Translations under genes and position numbers: made by a program | Shown here: positions 9,461 to 19,376 of the stretch, piece by piece | Layout: the number at the start of each line of letters is the position of its first letter | How positions within the stretch are numbered: position 1 is the first letter of the stretch | Assembly (NCBI GenBank): GCA_023255615.1 | Contig: JAHFLI010000002.1 | Coordinates: 3,721-32,454 of the forward strand | Source: Candidatus Woesearchaeota archaeon | GTDB taxonomy: Archaea > Nanobdellota > Nanobdellia > Woesearchaeales > JACQSR01 | Length of the DNA: 28,734 nt | Direction of reading: 5' to 3' | The notes under the pieces: model-generated | Database searches by the model: none | The model's input: the letters and a program-made list of their open reading frames with translations, nothing else | What the model was told of the DNA's origin: nothing

Positions 9461-9527
9461 CCTTAAGGGGAATCGCCATCATTTTAAATCCCTTAGCTTT
9501 AAAAGATAAAATCCATTTCCATCGATT

Positions 9528-9812
9528 ATGAAATTCAGGAATTGTTTACGCCTCGCTACAGTAGTTGCCGCATTATATGCTCCCATTGGATGTCAAGAGA
9601 AAAAAACTGAAGAGATAAAACCCTCGGAAGTTTTGAAACTTCGAGATCCAACGTTAGCAACCATCGTTGATAATACTGTACAAATTGGATCTGAAAAGTT
9701 TAAGAATTCATGGTGGGAAATAATTGGGTATGGCAATGGAGTTCTTATTGATAAGAATACTCTCGTAATGATCTGGGAAATTCGTGCACGGTTGGAACAG
9801 AGATTTCGTTGA
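9528..9812 (+). CDS. Small putative lipoprotein
   Basis: Basic N-terminus, hydrophobic stretch, IGC lipobox; divergent promoter region at 9461-9527. Confidence 0.6.
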   Translation: MKFRNCLRLATVVAALYAPIGCQEKKTEEIKPSEVLKLRDPTLATIVDNTVQIGSEKFKNSWWEIIGYGNGVLIDKNTLVMIWEIRARLEQRFR

Positions 9813-9927
9813 TGGCCAATGCAGCAAAAAAATCTCAATGTCATGCCCTGAATTTTCAAATAGGCACGGAACTACAGTAGATTGATAATACGCTAATTTT
9901 AAAAACCCATTATTATTCTTTCATTGC

Positions 9928-11313
9928 ATGTCAACCTTGCTCGACAAAGTCTGGAATTTGCATAAAGTCGCGACATTAAAATCTGGCGTTGATCAACTCT
10001 TCATCGGATTACACCTTATTCATGAAGTTACTTCTCCACAAGCATTTTCAATGATAAAAGAACGTGGTCAAACAGTAATGTTTCCGGAAAATACGGTAGC
10101 AACTGTTGATCATATTGTGCCAACCAAAGATCAAAAAAGACCGCTTCAAGATAATTTAGCAGAAGAAATGATGAAGGCATTAGAAACAAACACGAAGCTA
10201 AACAACATAAAATTCTACGGCATGGGTTCTGGAAGACAAGGAATTGTGCATGTCATTGGTCCAGAATTAGGATTAACTCAGCCAGGAATGACCATCGCAT
10301 GCGGAGATTCTCATACCTCAACTCATGGCGCATTTGGAGCATTAGCATTAGGGATTGGCACTTCACAAATTAGAGATGTCTTAGCAACAGGATGCTTAGC
10401 AATGAAGAAACCAAAATTGAGAAGAATAAATGTAACAGGAACATTGAAGAACGGCGTGTACGCAAAAGACGTCATCTTAAAAATTATTCATGACTTGGGC
10501 GTCAAAGGAGGAATTGGTTATGCTTATGAATACGCAGGAAGTGTCTTCGATAATTTTTCTATGGAAGAGCGCATGACGGTGTGCAACATGAGCATTGAAG
10601 GTGGAGCGCGAATGGGATATGTAAATCCAGACGAAACAACCTACAATTATCTTAAAGGAAAAGAATTTGCACCAAAAACGTTTAATGAAGCAATCGCATT
10701 TTGGAATTCAGTACGATCGGAGAAAAATGCACGATATGATCATGAAGTCACCATTAAAGGAGAAGACATTGAACCTATGGTAACGTGGGGAATTAATCCT
10801 GGACAGAGTGTTGGAGTAAACGAAATCATTCCAGAAAAAGTTCCCAAAGAAGATGAATACACATTCAACGAGGCGTTGAAACACATGAAATTCAACAAAG
10901 GTGAAAAAATCGAAGGAAAAAAAATTAATGTCGCATTCATCGGTTCATGCACAAACTCACGAATTTCTGATTTGAGAGAAGCGGCAAAAATTATTGAAGG
11001 AAGAACGGTCAGCAAAGACGTGAGAGCATTAGTTGTTCCTGGTTCGGAAAAAGTAAAGAAGCAAGCAGAACAAGAAGGATTACATGAAATATTTTCCAAC
11101 GCAGGGTTTGAATGGAGAGGTGCAGGATGCAGCATGTGTTTAGCCATGAATCCGGATAAATTAGTTGGTGATGAAATTTGTGCATCATCGTCAAACAGAA
11201 ACTTTATTGGACGACAAGGATCAGCAACCGGACGAACATTGTTAATGAGCCCTGCAATGGTTGCTATCGCTGCATGTGAAGGAAAGATAGTTGATGTGAG
11301 AGATTTTATTTAG
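9928..11313 (+). CDS. leuC: 3-isopropylmalate dehydratase large subunit
   Basis: [45 protein letters not shown]. Confidence 0.97.
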   Translation: MSTLLDKVWNLHKVATLKSGVDQLFIGLHLIHEVTSPQAFSMIKERGQTVMFPENTVATVDHIVPTKDQKRPLQDNLAEEMMKALETNTKLNNIKFYGMGSGRQGIVHVIGPELGLTQPGMTIACGDSHTSTHGAFGALALGIGTSQIRDVLATGCLAMKKPKLRRINVTGTLKNGVYAKDVILKIIHDLGVKGGIGYAYEYAGSVFDNFSMEERMTVCNMSIEGGARMGYVNPDETTYNYLKGKEFAPKTFNEAIAFWNSVRSEKNARYDHEVTIKGEDIEPMVTWGINPGQSVGVNEIIPEKVPKEDEYTFNEALKHMKFNKGEKIEGKKINVAFIGSCTNSRISDLREAAKIIEGRTVSKDVRALVVPGSEKVKKQAEQEGLHEIFSNAGFEWRGAGCSMCLAMNPDKLVGDEICASSSNRNFIGRQGSATGRTLLMSPAMVAIAACEGKIVDVRDFI

Positions 11314-11542
11314 AAGTTCTCTTCTTCAAATACTCATCAATGACCTCTATGAATTCTTGAACGTCATGATGGTTTTCCTGAATATGGTCAAATTCTTCTT
11401 CATCATTTACTTTCGCATACCGATGGACTATAAGGTTACGAAAAGAGATGAAATTTTTAATTTTCTGAGAGAGTTTTTCGCTGATAATTTTTTCTTCCCG
11501 AAGGACATCGAGAGCTTGTCATGAATCCTTTCCCTTATCCAT
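11306..11542 (-). pseudogene. HepT/DUF86 HEPN toxin remnant
   Basis: Translates as MDKGKDS*QALDVLREEKIISEKLSQKIKNFISFRNLIVHRYAKVNDEEEF...; RX4H motif intact; in-frame TGA at 11519-11521; start overlaps the MNT stop; too short for the family. Confidence 0.8.
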
Positions 11543-11891
11543 TCAGTGCCTCCATTTTCTTGATATGGTAGTCATCGACAAAACTTCTGAACCGGGGATA
11601 TTCATAGTCGACAATTTTCATTAATTCGAGAACCCTATAATAATTCTTTGTGAAAAGTATCTTACCTTCTGACAGAACTCTTTTCTTTAAGTTGAGAGGC
11701 AGATCATCAAAAAAATTTACATCATAATGTAATGGAAACAACGAAAGGATGTTAAGCTTCTCCTTCAATCCTATCCTCTTCGTAGTAAATATGCATATAT
11801 CCACGTCTCTTGGATTCTTCTTTGTGAGAGATGATCCGAATGCCATAACGGTCTCCACGGATGTAATCTTCTTTAAATTGTTCAATTTCAT
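11535..11891 (-). CDS. Minimal nucleotidyltransferase (MntA-type antitoxin)
   Basis: FGS...DVDICIF signature, DVNFFDDLPLNLKKRVLSEGKILF; lies directly upstream of the HEPN remnant. Confidence 0.88.
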   Translation of the reverse strand: MKLNNLKKITSVETVMAFGSSLTKKNPRDVDICIFTTKRIGLKEKLNILSLFPLHYDVNFFDDLPLNLKKRVLSEGKILFTKNYYRVLELMKIVDYEYPRFRSFVDDYHIKKMEALNG

Positions 11892-11951
11892 AAACCTAGT
11901 TAAGTAAATGTTCCTTAAAAGCCTTTCTCTCGGAAAGATGGTATCTACTAT

Positions 11952-11990
11952 GAAGGAAAATTTGTTGATATACGAGATTATGTCTAATGA
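11952..11990 (+). pseudogene. Fossil copy of a leuC 3' end
   Basis: gaa gga aaa ttt(t) gtt gat ata cga gat tat gtc taa = EGKFVDIRDYV* versus [11 protein letters not shown] at the end of the intact leuC. 26/36 nt identical by hand alignment, same stop position. Confidence 0.6.
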
Positions 11991-12070
11991 TTACAAATTG
12001 ATATCTCACCCAAATATTTTTCTGTGAATATCTCGCAACCTTTATAAAATAATATTGGTCTTCTTCATAA

Positions 12071-12673
12071 ATGAAAAAAATAACTGAAGTGAAAGGAAAA
12101 GGAATTTATGTTGAAGGAGACGATATCGACACAGATCGAATTATTCCTGCACGATACCTGAAAGTGTTAGACTTTTCAACATTGGGTAACTATGTGTTTC
12201 AAGACGTTCGCTTCGATCAAAACGGAAAACAAACGACTCATCCATTCAACAATAAGAAATATCAGGGCGCATCTATTTTAGTCGTGAATAAAAACTTCGG
12301 ATGCGGATCAAGCAGAGAACATGCTCCTGTTGCATTAATCGGCTGGGGAATCAAAGCCGTTATCGGAGAAAGTTTTGCCGAAATCTTCGCAGGAAATTGT
12401 ATCGCAAATGGAATTCCTGTGGTTGTTGCACCGCATGATGACATTACAAACATTATGAAATTCATCCAGGATGATCCTGTTTCTGAAATAAAAATAGATT
12501 TGATCGGCAACAAAGTAGAATATGGTGATTTCTCATTCGACATTCACCAACAAGATGGCCATAAAAAAAGTTTAGTTGAAGGAACCTGGGATACCATGGG
12601 AGAAATGCTTGATCATAAAAATGAAACTGAGAAAATAAGAAATGCATTGCCATACATAAAAGGATTTTCTTAA
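12071..12673 (+). CDS. leuD: 3-isopropylmalate dehydratase small subunit
   Basis: DDIDTDRIIPARYL, NFGCGSSREHAP, IGESFAEIFAGN; TTTATAAA at 12041-12048. Confidence 0.97.
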   Translation: MKKITEVKGKGIYVEGDDIDTDRIIPARYLKVLDFSTLGNYVFQDVRFDQNGKQTTHPFNNKKYQGASILVVNKNFGCGSSREHAPVALIGWGIKAVIGESFAEIFAGNCIANGIPVVVAPHDDITNIMKFIQDDPVSEIKIDLIGNKVEYGDFSFDIHQQDGHKKSLVEGTWDTMGEMLDHKNETEKIRNALPYIKGFS

Positions 12674-12915
12674 TCAATTATTTCGGCCGAATAACTGCTC
12701 CCGTCTTTTGGCGGAAGAGTAATGGAACATCCACTTTGAGATGCCCATGAGAGCGTTCCTGAACTTGGCCATGCTCCACCACCGGTGATGACTAACTTAT
12801 CATACCCGTTCGTACACGGGAAAGTATAAGAAACACTTGAACCGGTTCCACTAGAATCGCCACCAACATTAACAACAACAAAATAAAACCCATTCTTAGA
12901 GCTTAGAGCACTTCT
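12670..12915 (-). pseudogene. Orphan C-terminal beta-sandwich-like gene fragment
   Basis: An open frame with no start: ...SKNGFYFVVVNVGGDSSGTGSSVSYTFPCTNGYDKLVITGGGAWPSSGTLSWASQSGCSITLPPKDGSSYSAEIID*. Its stop shares a TTAA with the leuD stop. Confidence 0.5.
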
Positions 12916-12922
12916 CTAAGCT
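12895..12922. repeat. 7-bp tandem repeat (CTTAGAG x2) and a 9-bp inverted repeat
   Basis: AGCTTAGAG-CACTT-CTCTAAGCT at 12900-12922; CTTAGAG at 12895 and 12902. Confidence 0.7.
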
Positions 12923-13023
12923 TTCCACGTACCTTCTTAAAGTAGAGTATGGTGATTTCTCAATTGATCCCGCTCTGTAAAAAGCAAATTTTAATAAACC
13001 CGTTGACGCAAAGAAAATCAATT

Positions 13024-15009
13024 ATGAAAAAACTCTTCGTTCTATTTGTTGTTCTTATTGTTGTCCTCGTTTCATGTGTTAATCCAGAAAAAAAAGCATG
13101 CACACAAGAAGCAAAGATTTGTCCTGATGGTACGGTGGTAGGACGCACAGGACCAAATTGTGAATTTGCATCATGTAATCAACAGCCAACTCAAAATGAA
13201 AAGGAAATAGCAGGGAAAGCAAATAACGCTCAGGTTCAAACATCAGGTAATAACGTCATCCCCATCGGTGTACCATCGTCAGGAACTCCGGTACCGCCGG
13301 GAAATCAACAACCCCCTGGCAACCCAGGATTCAGCAATCCTCCCGGAATGGCTGGTGGAGGAGGACCAGTTCTTCCACCAATTCCAAAAAAGCCGAATAT
13401 TATCGTCATAATGACTGATGATCAGAGCGCTGACACGACGATCTACATGAATAAAACTGTTGCGCTTCTTGCAAACAACGGGGTTGTTTTTGATAATAAT
13501 TTTGTTTCAAACCCACTTTGTTGTCCATCACGATCAACATTGCTAACAGGACAATACAGCCACAATAACGGGGTTTTTTTTAATGCAGACAAAAGCTTTA
13601 ATGGCATAACTTATGGTGGCGGATATTATGCATTAGCTCCAACATTGAACAATACACTACCGGTGTGGATGCAGAAAGCAGGATATGAAACTGCCATTGT
13701 TGGAAAGTTTCTTAATGGATATGCTGGAACTGCACCAGCCCCGGGATGGGATAAAAAATTCATTTGGATTGAGCCCTATGCCTACTACAATTACTCAGTC
13801 AATGAGGATGGAACGATCATCAACTTCGGAGATACGCCTTCAGATTATCTTACCGATGTATTATCAAACAAAGCATCATCCTTTATCAAGAATCAAGCAG
13901 GAACCGGAAAACCTTTTTTTCTTTATCTCACCCCGATTGCACCACATGAGCTTAGTACTCCAGATCCTTCTCAAATAATAATTCGGGGACCAACACCTGC
14001 ACAACGACATATTGGAAAATTCTCACAAATTGTATTCCCTTGTAAACCATCATTTAACGAGAAAGATGTGTCAGATAAACCATCGTTTATACGCAACAAC
14101 ATCACTCTTCTGAACACTAATGACATGGCCTTAGATAATCAACTGTACCATCAACGTATTGAATCACTCCTTGCTGTCGACGATATGGTAGAACAAATAG
14201 TCAATACGTTACAAGAAACGAGTCAACTGAACAACACCATCATTATCTTTACATCTGATAATGGATACTTCTTAGGAGAACACCGCATACTTGAAGGAAA
14301 AATGTTTGGCTATGACGAAGCAATCAAAGTGCCTTTAATCATTTATGGACAGGGAATTGCCCAAGGAGAAAAACGATCACAGTTGGTTTCGAATGTTGAT
14401 ATAACTTCAACTATCCTTAGCCTGGCTTCGGCTACGCCAGAAAGAACCCTTGATGGCCATTCGTTAGTACCACTCCTTACTTCCACGAAAACAAATTGGA
14501 GAACAGGATTCCTTATTCAGGGAGGAGACAAGACACCTGGTGATACCTATCTTTATGGTATGTATCGAGGTATACGAACACAAAGTTATGCGTATCTTGA
14601 ACATGAATTAGTAGGTGGAAGCATAGAAACCGAGCTCTATGATCTTCGTACTGATCCATGGGAGCTTGAAAATAAATACAATGATCCAAAGTACCAAATG
14701 GTAATAAACAATCTCCGTAACAGATTAACCGAACTCCGTTCTTGCTCAGGAACGTCATGTTGGGACACGACTACAGAACCAGAAGGTCCTTCACCCGAGT
14801 CTCCATCATCAAATGGTAAGTATAGCTGGCAATCATCATCAAGCAATCCTTCAGTAAATAATACGGATCCACCAAATTCTTGCTCACCAAATTTTACAAC
14901 TCAAAATAATTTCAATCAAAAAAGTATCATCATTGATCAATCCAATGCGTGTGTGCAACGTTGCAACCATAACACGAACTGCATTCTTGACTGTTACGGG
15001 ATTGTTTGA
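13024..15009 (+). CDS. Lipoprotein sulfatase (formylglycine-dependent S1, GlcNAc-6-sulfatase-like)
   Basis: MKKLFVLF...LVSC lipobox (start 13024 preferred); CTQEAKICPDG Cys module; Pro/Gly linker; IMTDDQ, CCPSRSTLLTG, GKFLNGY, FTSDNGY, ELYDLRTDPWELEN. Confidence 0.9.
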   Translation: MKKLFVLFVVLIVVLVSCVNPEKKACTQEAKICPDGTVVGRTGPNCEFASCNQQPTQNEKEIAGKANNAQVQTSGNNVIPIGVPSSGTPVPPGNQQPPGNPGFSNPPGMAGGGGPVLPPIPKKPNIIVIMTDDQSADTTIYMNKTVALLANNGVVFDNNFVSNPLCCPSRSTLLTGQYSHNNGVFFNADKSFNGITYGGGYYALAPTLNNTLPVWMQKAGYETAIVGKFLNGYAGTAPAPGWDKKFIWIEPYAYYNYSVNEDGTIINFGDTPSDYLTDVLSNKASSFIKNQAGTGKPFFLYLTPIAPHELSTPDPSQIIIRGPTPAQRHIGKFSQIVFPCKPSFNEKDVSDKPSFIRNNITLLNTNDMALDNQLYHQRIESLLAVDDMVEQIVNTLQETSQLNNTIIIFTSDNGYFLGEHRILEGKMFGYDEAIKVPLIIYGQGIAQGEKRSQLVSNVDITSTILSLASATPERTLDGHSLVPLLTSTKTNWRTGFLIQGGDKTPGDTYLYGMYRGIRTQSYAYLEHELVGGSIETELYDLRTDPWELENKYNDPKYQMVINNLRNRLTELRSCSGTSCWDTTTEPEGPSPESPSSNGKYSWQSSSSNPSVNNTDPPNSCSPNFTTQNNFNQKSIIIDQSNACVQRCNHNTNCILDCYGIV

Positions 15010-15091
15010 TTAGAAAAATTCAAAAAACCCATAATTCTTTTCAACTTTATTTTCACAATCTTTAAAAAAGCAGTTAATCCACCCAGCATTC

Positions 15092-16768
15092 ATGCCAAAT
15101 CTAAAACAAAAATCCGCAGTGATAACTGATGGAGACGCTCGTGCACCGAACAGAGGAATGTTGAGGGCTGTAGGATTTCAAGACGAGGATTTCAAAAAAC
15201 CAATCATTGGTGTGGCATCAACATGGTCTGATCTTACTCCCTGCAATATGCACATTGACAAACTTGCCGTTGAAGTCAGACGAGGAATTAAAGAAAACGG
15301 CGGCGCGGGATTAACATTTGGAACGATTACCGTCTCTGATGGTATTTCGATGGGCACTGAAGGAATGAAATTTTCGTTAAGCTCACGGGAAGTGATCGCC
15401 GATTCTATTGAAACGGTATCTGCGGCAGAACGATTTGATGGATTAGTTGCCATTGGTGGCTGTGATAAAAATATGCCCGGTTGCGTAATTGCGATGTGCA
15501 GATTAAATATTCCTTCTGTGTTTGTCTATGGCGGAACCATCAAACCAGGAAATTACAAAGGAAAAGATATTGATATTGTCAGCATCTTCGAAGCGGTTGG
15601 ACAATTTGCGGCTGGGAAAATTTCAAAAGAAGAATTTCACGGCATTGAATGTCACGGATGTCCGGGCGCAGGAAGCTGTGGGGGAATGTACACGGCAAAT
15701 ACGATGTCATCCGCAATCGAAGCGTTAGGAATGAGTTTACCCGATGGTGCGGCAATTCCCGCAGAAGATCCCAAGAAAAAAGAAGAATGTTATCACGCAG
15801 CACAAGCGTGCTTGAATTTATTACAAAAAGGAATTACTCCAAAAGAGATTATGACAAAAAACGCATTTGAAAATGCGATTACCGTTGTTATGGCGTTGGG
15901 CGGTTCAACAAATGCTGCATTACACCTTATTGCAATGGGGCATGCCATTGGAGTTAATGTGACGTTAGATGATTTTGATCGAATCTCAAAAAAAGTTCCT
16001 CATCTAGCAGATCTGAAACCTTCTGGAAAATATGTTATGTATGATTTGTATAATATAGGAGGAGTTTCTGGTGTCATGAAAATGTTATTGGATGCAGGAA
16101 TGCTTCATGGCGATTGTTTAACTGTAACAGGAAAAACCCTTGCAGAAAATTTGAAATCGGTAAAACCATTGCAAGCGCACCAAGAAATCATTCGTGATTT
16201 AAAAAATCCATTGAGAGCAACTGGACCTATGGTTATCCTCAAAGGTAATCTTGCTCCCAACGGCGGAATTGCAAAAATCTCGGGCGTAAAAGTGACATCA
16301 TTTACTGGACCGGCAAAAGTGTTTGAATCAGAAGAAGAAGCATTGGATGCTATTCTCAAAGCAAAAATAAAGAAAGGGGACGTTATGGTCATTCGCTATG
16401 AAGGTCCAAAAGGCGGTCCAGGTATGAGAGAAATGTTAGCACCTACTTCTGCCATTATGGGTCGCGGTTTAGGAGACGATGTTGCCTTAATTACTGATGG
16501 CAGATTTTCAGGAGGCACGCATGGAATGGTTGTTGGTCATGTCTGTCCAGAAGCGCAAGTAGGCGGTCCCATTGCTATCGTCAAAGAAGGAGATTCAATA
16601 ACAATTGATGCGGAGAAGCAAATTATTCAGCTTAATATTACACAATCAGAAATTGATAAACGATTAAAATCATGGAAAGCGCCAGAAATAAAATATAAAA
16701 AGGGCGTGCTCTATAAATATGCAAAACTCGTCAATTCTGCCGATAAAGGGGCAGTTACTGACGCATAG
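15092..16768 (+). CDS. ilvD: Dihydroxy-acid dehydratase
   Basis: [51 protein letters not shown]. Confidence 0.97.
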   Translation: MPNLKQKSAVITDGDARAPNRGMLRAVGFQDEDFKKPIIGVASTWSDLTPCNMHIDKLAVEVRRGIKENGGAGLTFGTITVSDGISMGTEGMKFSLSSREVIADSIETVSAAERFDGLVAIGGCDKNMPGCVIAMCRLNIPSVFVYGGTIKPGNYKGKDIDIVSIFEAVGQFAAGKISKEEFHGIECHGCPGAGSCGGMYTANTMSSAIEALGMSLPDGAAIPAEDPKKKEECYHAAQACLNLLQKGITPKEIMTKNAFENAITVVMALGGSTNAALHLIAMGHAIGVNVTLDDFDRISKKVPHLADLKPSGKYVMYDLYNIGGVSGVMKMLLDAGMLHGDCLTVTGKTLAENLKSVKPLQAHQEIIRDLKNPLRATGPMVILKGNLAPNGGIAKISGVKVTSFTGPAKVFESEEEALDAILKAKIKKGDVMVIRYEGPKGGPGMREMLAPTSAIMGRGLGDDVALITDGRFSGGTHGMVVGHVCPEAQVGGPIAIVKEGDSITIDAEKQIIQLNITQSEIDKRLKSWKAPEIKYKKGVLYKYAKLVNSADKGAVTDA

Positions 16769-17396
16769 CTCGTTCTTTTCCCCCAACTATCATAATTATA
16801 ATGGCAACGATTAAAACAACTACACTCAGTACTATTCCCTGATTTAATGGAGAAACGATTACTTCTTGAAAAAGATCTCGAAGAATACCATTAAACATTT
16901 CAGGAGTCTTTCCTCCTCTTAAATACTGGTCGAACATGAGCGGTAATACTTTCCTTAAAATCCAGAAAAGAATTGCACCGATAATACTTCCAATGCTTAA
17001 ACCAATGCCTAACGGCCGTAAGCCTGAACGTAATCCTTTTCCAATAAAAATGAAAAGAACTCCAACAATAAACAAAATAATACTTACACCAGTCATGCTG
17101 ATAATAAGTTTTCGTGGAACAAAGTCTGATTTCCCGGTAAACTGTAGTAAAAGATGATTTTTGAGTTCCTCTTTTGTCGGTTTTGTCGTAAATTCGTCAC
17201 GAATCTCCGAGGAAACCTCCTCATAATGTTCATTCACTAGTCGATTAATCATCCGTTCCTGAATAGGAGGAGGACCCTGGATTGTCTCCTCTATTGATGA
17301 GAGCGTAAATGCAATCATCAATCCAAGACTTGCAAGTACTATACTAAAACATCCAAAAAACACCAAAACCCATTTCACACCATTGACAAAACCCAT
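16755..17396 (-). CDS. Hypothetical membrane protein (about 4 TM)
   Basis: Several long hydrophobic segments; likely start MGFVNG at 17396. Confidence 0.7.
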   Translation of the reverse strand: MGFVNGVKWVLVFFGCFSIVLASLGLMIAFTLSSIEETIQGPPPIQERMINRLVNEHYEEVSSEIRDEFTTKPTKEELKNHLLLQFTGKSDFVPRKLIISMTGVSIILFIVGVLFIFIGKGLRSGLRPLGIGLSIGSIIGAILFWILRKVLPLMFDQYLRGGKTPEMFNGILRDLFQEVIVSPLNQGIVLSVVVLIVAIIIMIVGGKERAMRQ

Positions 17397-17467
17397 TCTC
17401 GAACATGAATGAAGGGGTATTTTAATTCTTTCGTTAGTTTTATAAAAAAACAAATGGAGCTCTTGTC

Positions 17468-18331
17468 ATGATCTTAACCGTCATCGTGCCATTAGTCCTT
17501 ATTATTGGCGTAGGTTTTTTTATCGGAAAAATAAAAAAAATAGATATTAATCCGTTTGTTGATTTTCTTCTCTACGTCACCGTTCCAGCATTAATGATCA
17601 CTTCGCTTGTTGAAAATTCGACTAAACTCTCAAACATTGCAGTAATGTTTACCTCCGGTATTTTTGTGATGCTCGGACTGTGGATCCTCGTCGTTCTTTT
17701 CTTCAAACTCTTCAACTGTAGATCTGATGGACTTAAATTATCAATGGCATTTGGAAATACGGGTAATCTTGGATTGCCTGTTGCCCTGTTTGCATTTGGT
17801 AGTGTAGGATTGGCACAAGCTCTCGTGTACGATATGAGCACTGCCTTTTTGATTTATACCGTCGGTATATACGCAGTAAGTAAAAAAGACTCTCTCAAAG
17901 AAGTTTTTAGAATGCCGCAGATTTATGCAATTATCATTTCGGTGCTGCTGGTTTATTTTGCTATTCCTATTCCTGATTTTATTTTTACTCCGCTGGATTT
18001 GATTGGAAAAATAACTATTCCATTGGCATTGATTATTCTGGGCTACAAATTAACCGAAGTAAAGGTAACCTCTATTAAATTTGGATTACTCTCTTCAGCG
18101 GTGAGAATCGGAGGAGGTCTTCTTCTGGCATCGATTTTTGTTTTCTTGTTTAATATTCAAGGGATTACTCGCTCAGTTATTCTTATGCAATCCGCCATGC
18201 CTTCTGCATTGATGTCAATGATTTTGGCACAAAAGTATCACTCCGACCCAGAAAAAGCTGCGTCGGCAGTTTTTATTTCAACCATTATTTCTTTAGTGAC
18301 AATTCCTATCCTTCTTTATTTTATCATGTAA
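17468..18331 (+). CDS. AEC family (auxin efflux/malate permease) transporter
   Basis: About 10 TM; FGNTGNLGLP, ITIPLALIILG, QSAMPSAL, STIISLVTIP. Confidence 0.9.
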   Translation: MILTVIVPLVLIIGVGFFIGKIKKIDINPFVDFLLYVTVPALMITSLVENSTKLSNIAVMFTSGIFVMLGLWILVVLFFKLFNCRSDGLKLSMAFGNTGNLGLPVALFAFGSVGLAQALVYDMSTAFLIYTVGIYAVSKKDSLKEVFRMPQIYAIIISVLLVYFAIPIPDFIFTPLDLIGKITIPLALIILGYKLTEVKVTSIKFGLLSSAVRIGGGLLLASIFVFLFNIQGITRSVILMQSAMPSALMSMILAQKYHSDPEKAASAVFISTIISLVTIPILLYFIM

Positions 18332-19010
18332 GGGCATACTCCAACGCTTTCACAGCCAACACTCTCGTTGTATCAATAATCGGCAACGGAGAATTCTTTT
18401 CATTGATAACAAGAGGAATTTCTGTACACCCAAGAATAACGCCATCACATCCTTGACGCTTCAATTTTTTAACAATCTCAATAAACACGTTTGATGTTGT
18501 ATCAGAATACTTATCTGGAATAATCTCATTAAATATCGCATTATTTATTTTTTCTTGATCCGCAGAAGAGGGAACCACATAGTCAATCTTTCTTTTTTTC
18601 AATGGTTCTTGATATAATCCCCCGCTCATCGTCGATTTCGTGCCCAATACTCCAACTCTCTCAAATTTCTGTTTGACACATTCATCTGCAGTAATTTCAA
18701 CAATGCTCAGAAGAGGAAGCTGAGAATCTTTTTTGAAATACCTCCATGCATAATGTGGCGTATTAGAAGGAATGATCGCAAAATCAGCACCTGATTTTTT
18801 TAGTTTTTCGATTGATTTTAAAATAAGTCTTCCAACTTTTTCAAAATCTTTATTCTGTAAGTGTGTATGATACTCCAAAAAAGGAAATTGATGAAGAGAA
18901 ATTTCTGGATGATTGTTAAGACCTAAGAGAGGAGTACTTTCCGAACAGATCGTGCGATAACACAACGCAGCTCCTTCCGCAGTGATCCCAACGATGCCAA
19001 TATGTTTCAT
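18324..19010 (-). CDS. Asp/Glu racemase family amino-acid racemase with one catalytic Cys
   Basis: IGIVG, PSNTPH (Ser in place of the first Cys), VGVLGT, VILGCTEIPL, IDTT. Start at 19010 overlaps the mscL stop (TAATG). Confidence 0.88.
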   Translation of the reverse strand: MKHIGIVGITAEGAALCYRTICSESTPLLGLNNHPEISLHQFPFLEYHTHLQNKDFEKVGRLILKSIEKLKKSGADFAIIPSNTPHYAWRYFKKDSQLPLLSIVEITADECVKQKFERVGVLGTKSTMSGGLYQEPLKKRKIDYVVPSSADQEKINNAIFNEIIPDKYSDTTSNVFIEIVKKLKRQGCDGVILGCTEIPLVINEKNSPLPIIDTTRVLAVKALEYALT

Positions 19011-19315
19011 TACTTCTTGGCCACTTTTTCTTCTTTTAAAATCCATTTAGCAATCATAAACACGACCAATGCTAAAATCACGAAATTGATGACTGCAGAT
19101 AAAAACGCACCCCATCCGATAACAATAGGGCCAAGAGAAAATGTTGCAGTTTGCCATGCGCCACCAGGAATAAAAGGAGTGACAATCGGCATAATCACAT
19201 TATCGACAAGAGACTTGACCAATGTTGTTGCAGCTGCACCAATAATAAACGCAATAGCAAGTCCCGTTACTTTGTATTCATCGAGAAATTCTTTGAATTC
19301 TTTCATCATCTTCAT
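19010..19315 (-). CDS. mscL: Large-conductance mechanosensitive channel (short form)
   Basis: EFKEFL...GLAIAFIIGAA...SLVDNVIMP...GAFLSAVINFVI; SD GGAGGTG before ATG 19315. Confidence 0.9.
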   Translation of the reverse strand: MKMMKEFKEFLDEYKVTGLAIAFIIGAAATTLVKSLVDNVIMPIVTPFIPGGAWQTATFSLGPIVIGWGAFLSAVINFVILALVVFMIAKWILKEEKVAKK

Positions 19316-19376
19316 AATACCACCTCCATTTCTCTTCTTCATAAACTTTATAAATGATTCTATTCTCTCGACAACC

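Noticed and set aside
11519-11521. Possible TGA readthrough or recoding in the HEPN gene
   Set aside because: TGA is a normal stop for ilvC, the sulfatase and PE-Pol, and the gene also lacks much of its N-terminal half.
9900-15045. AAAAACCCAT...ATTCTTT upstream of both leuC and ilvD as a shared regulator site
   Set aside because: Similar strings occur inside coding regions (e.g. near 9122 and 12886), it is absent before leuD and ilvE, and it is expected by chance in AT-rich DNA.
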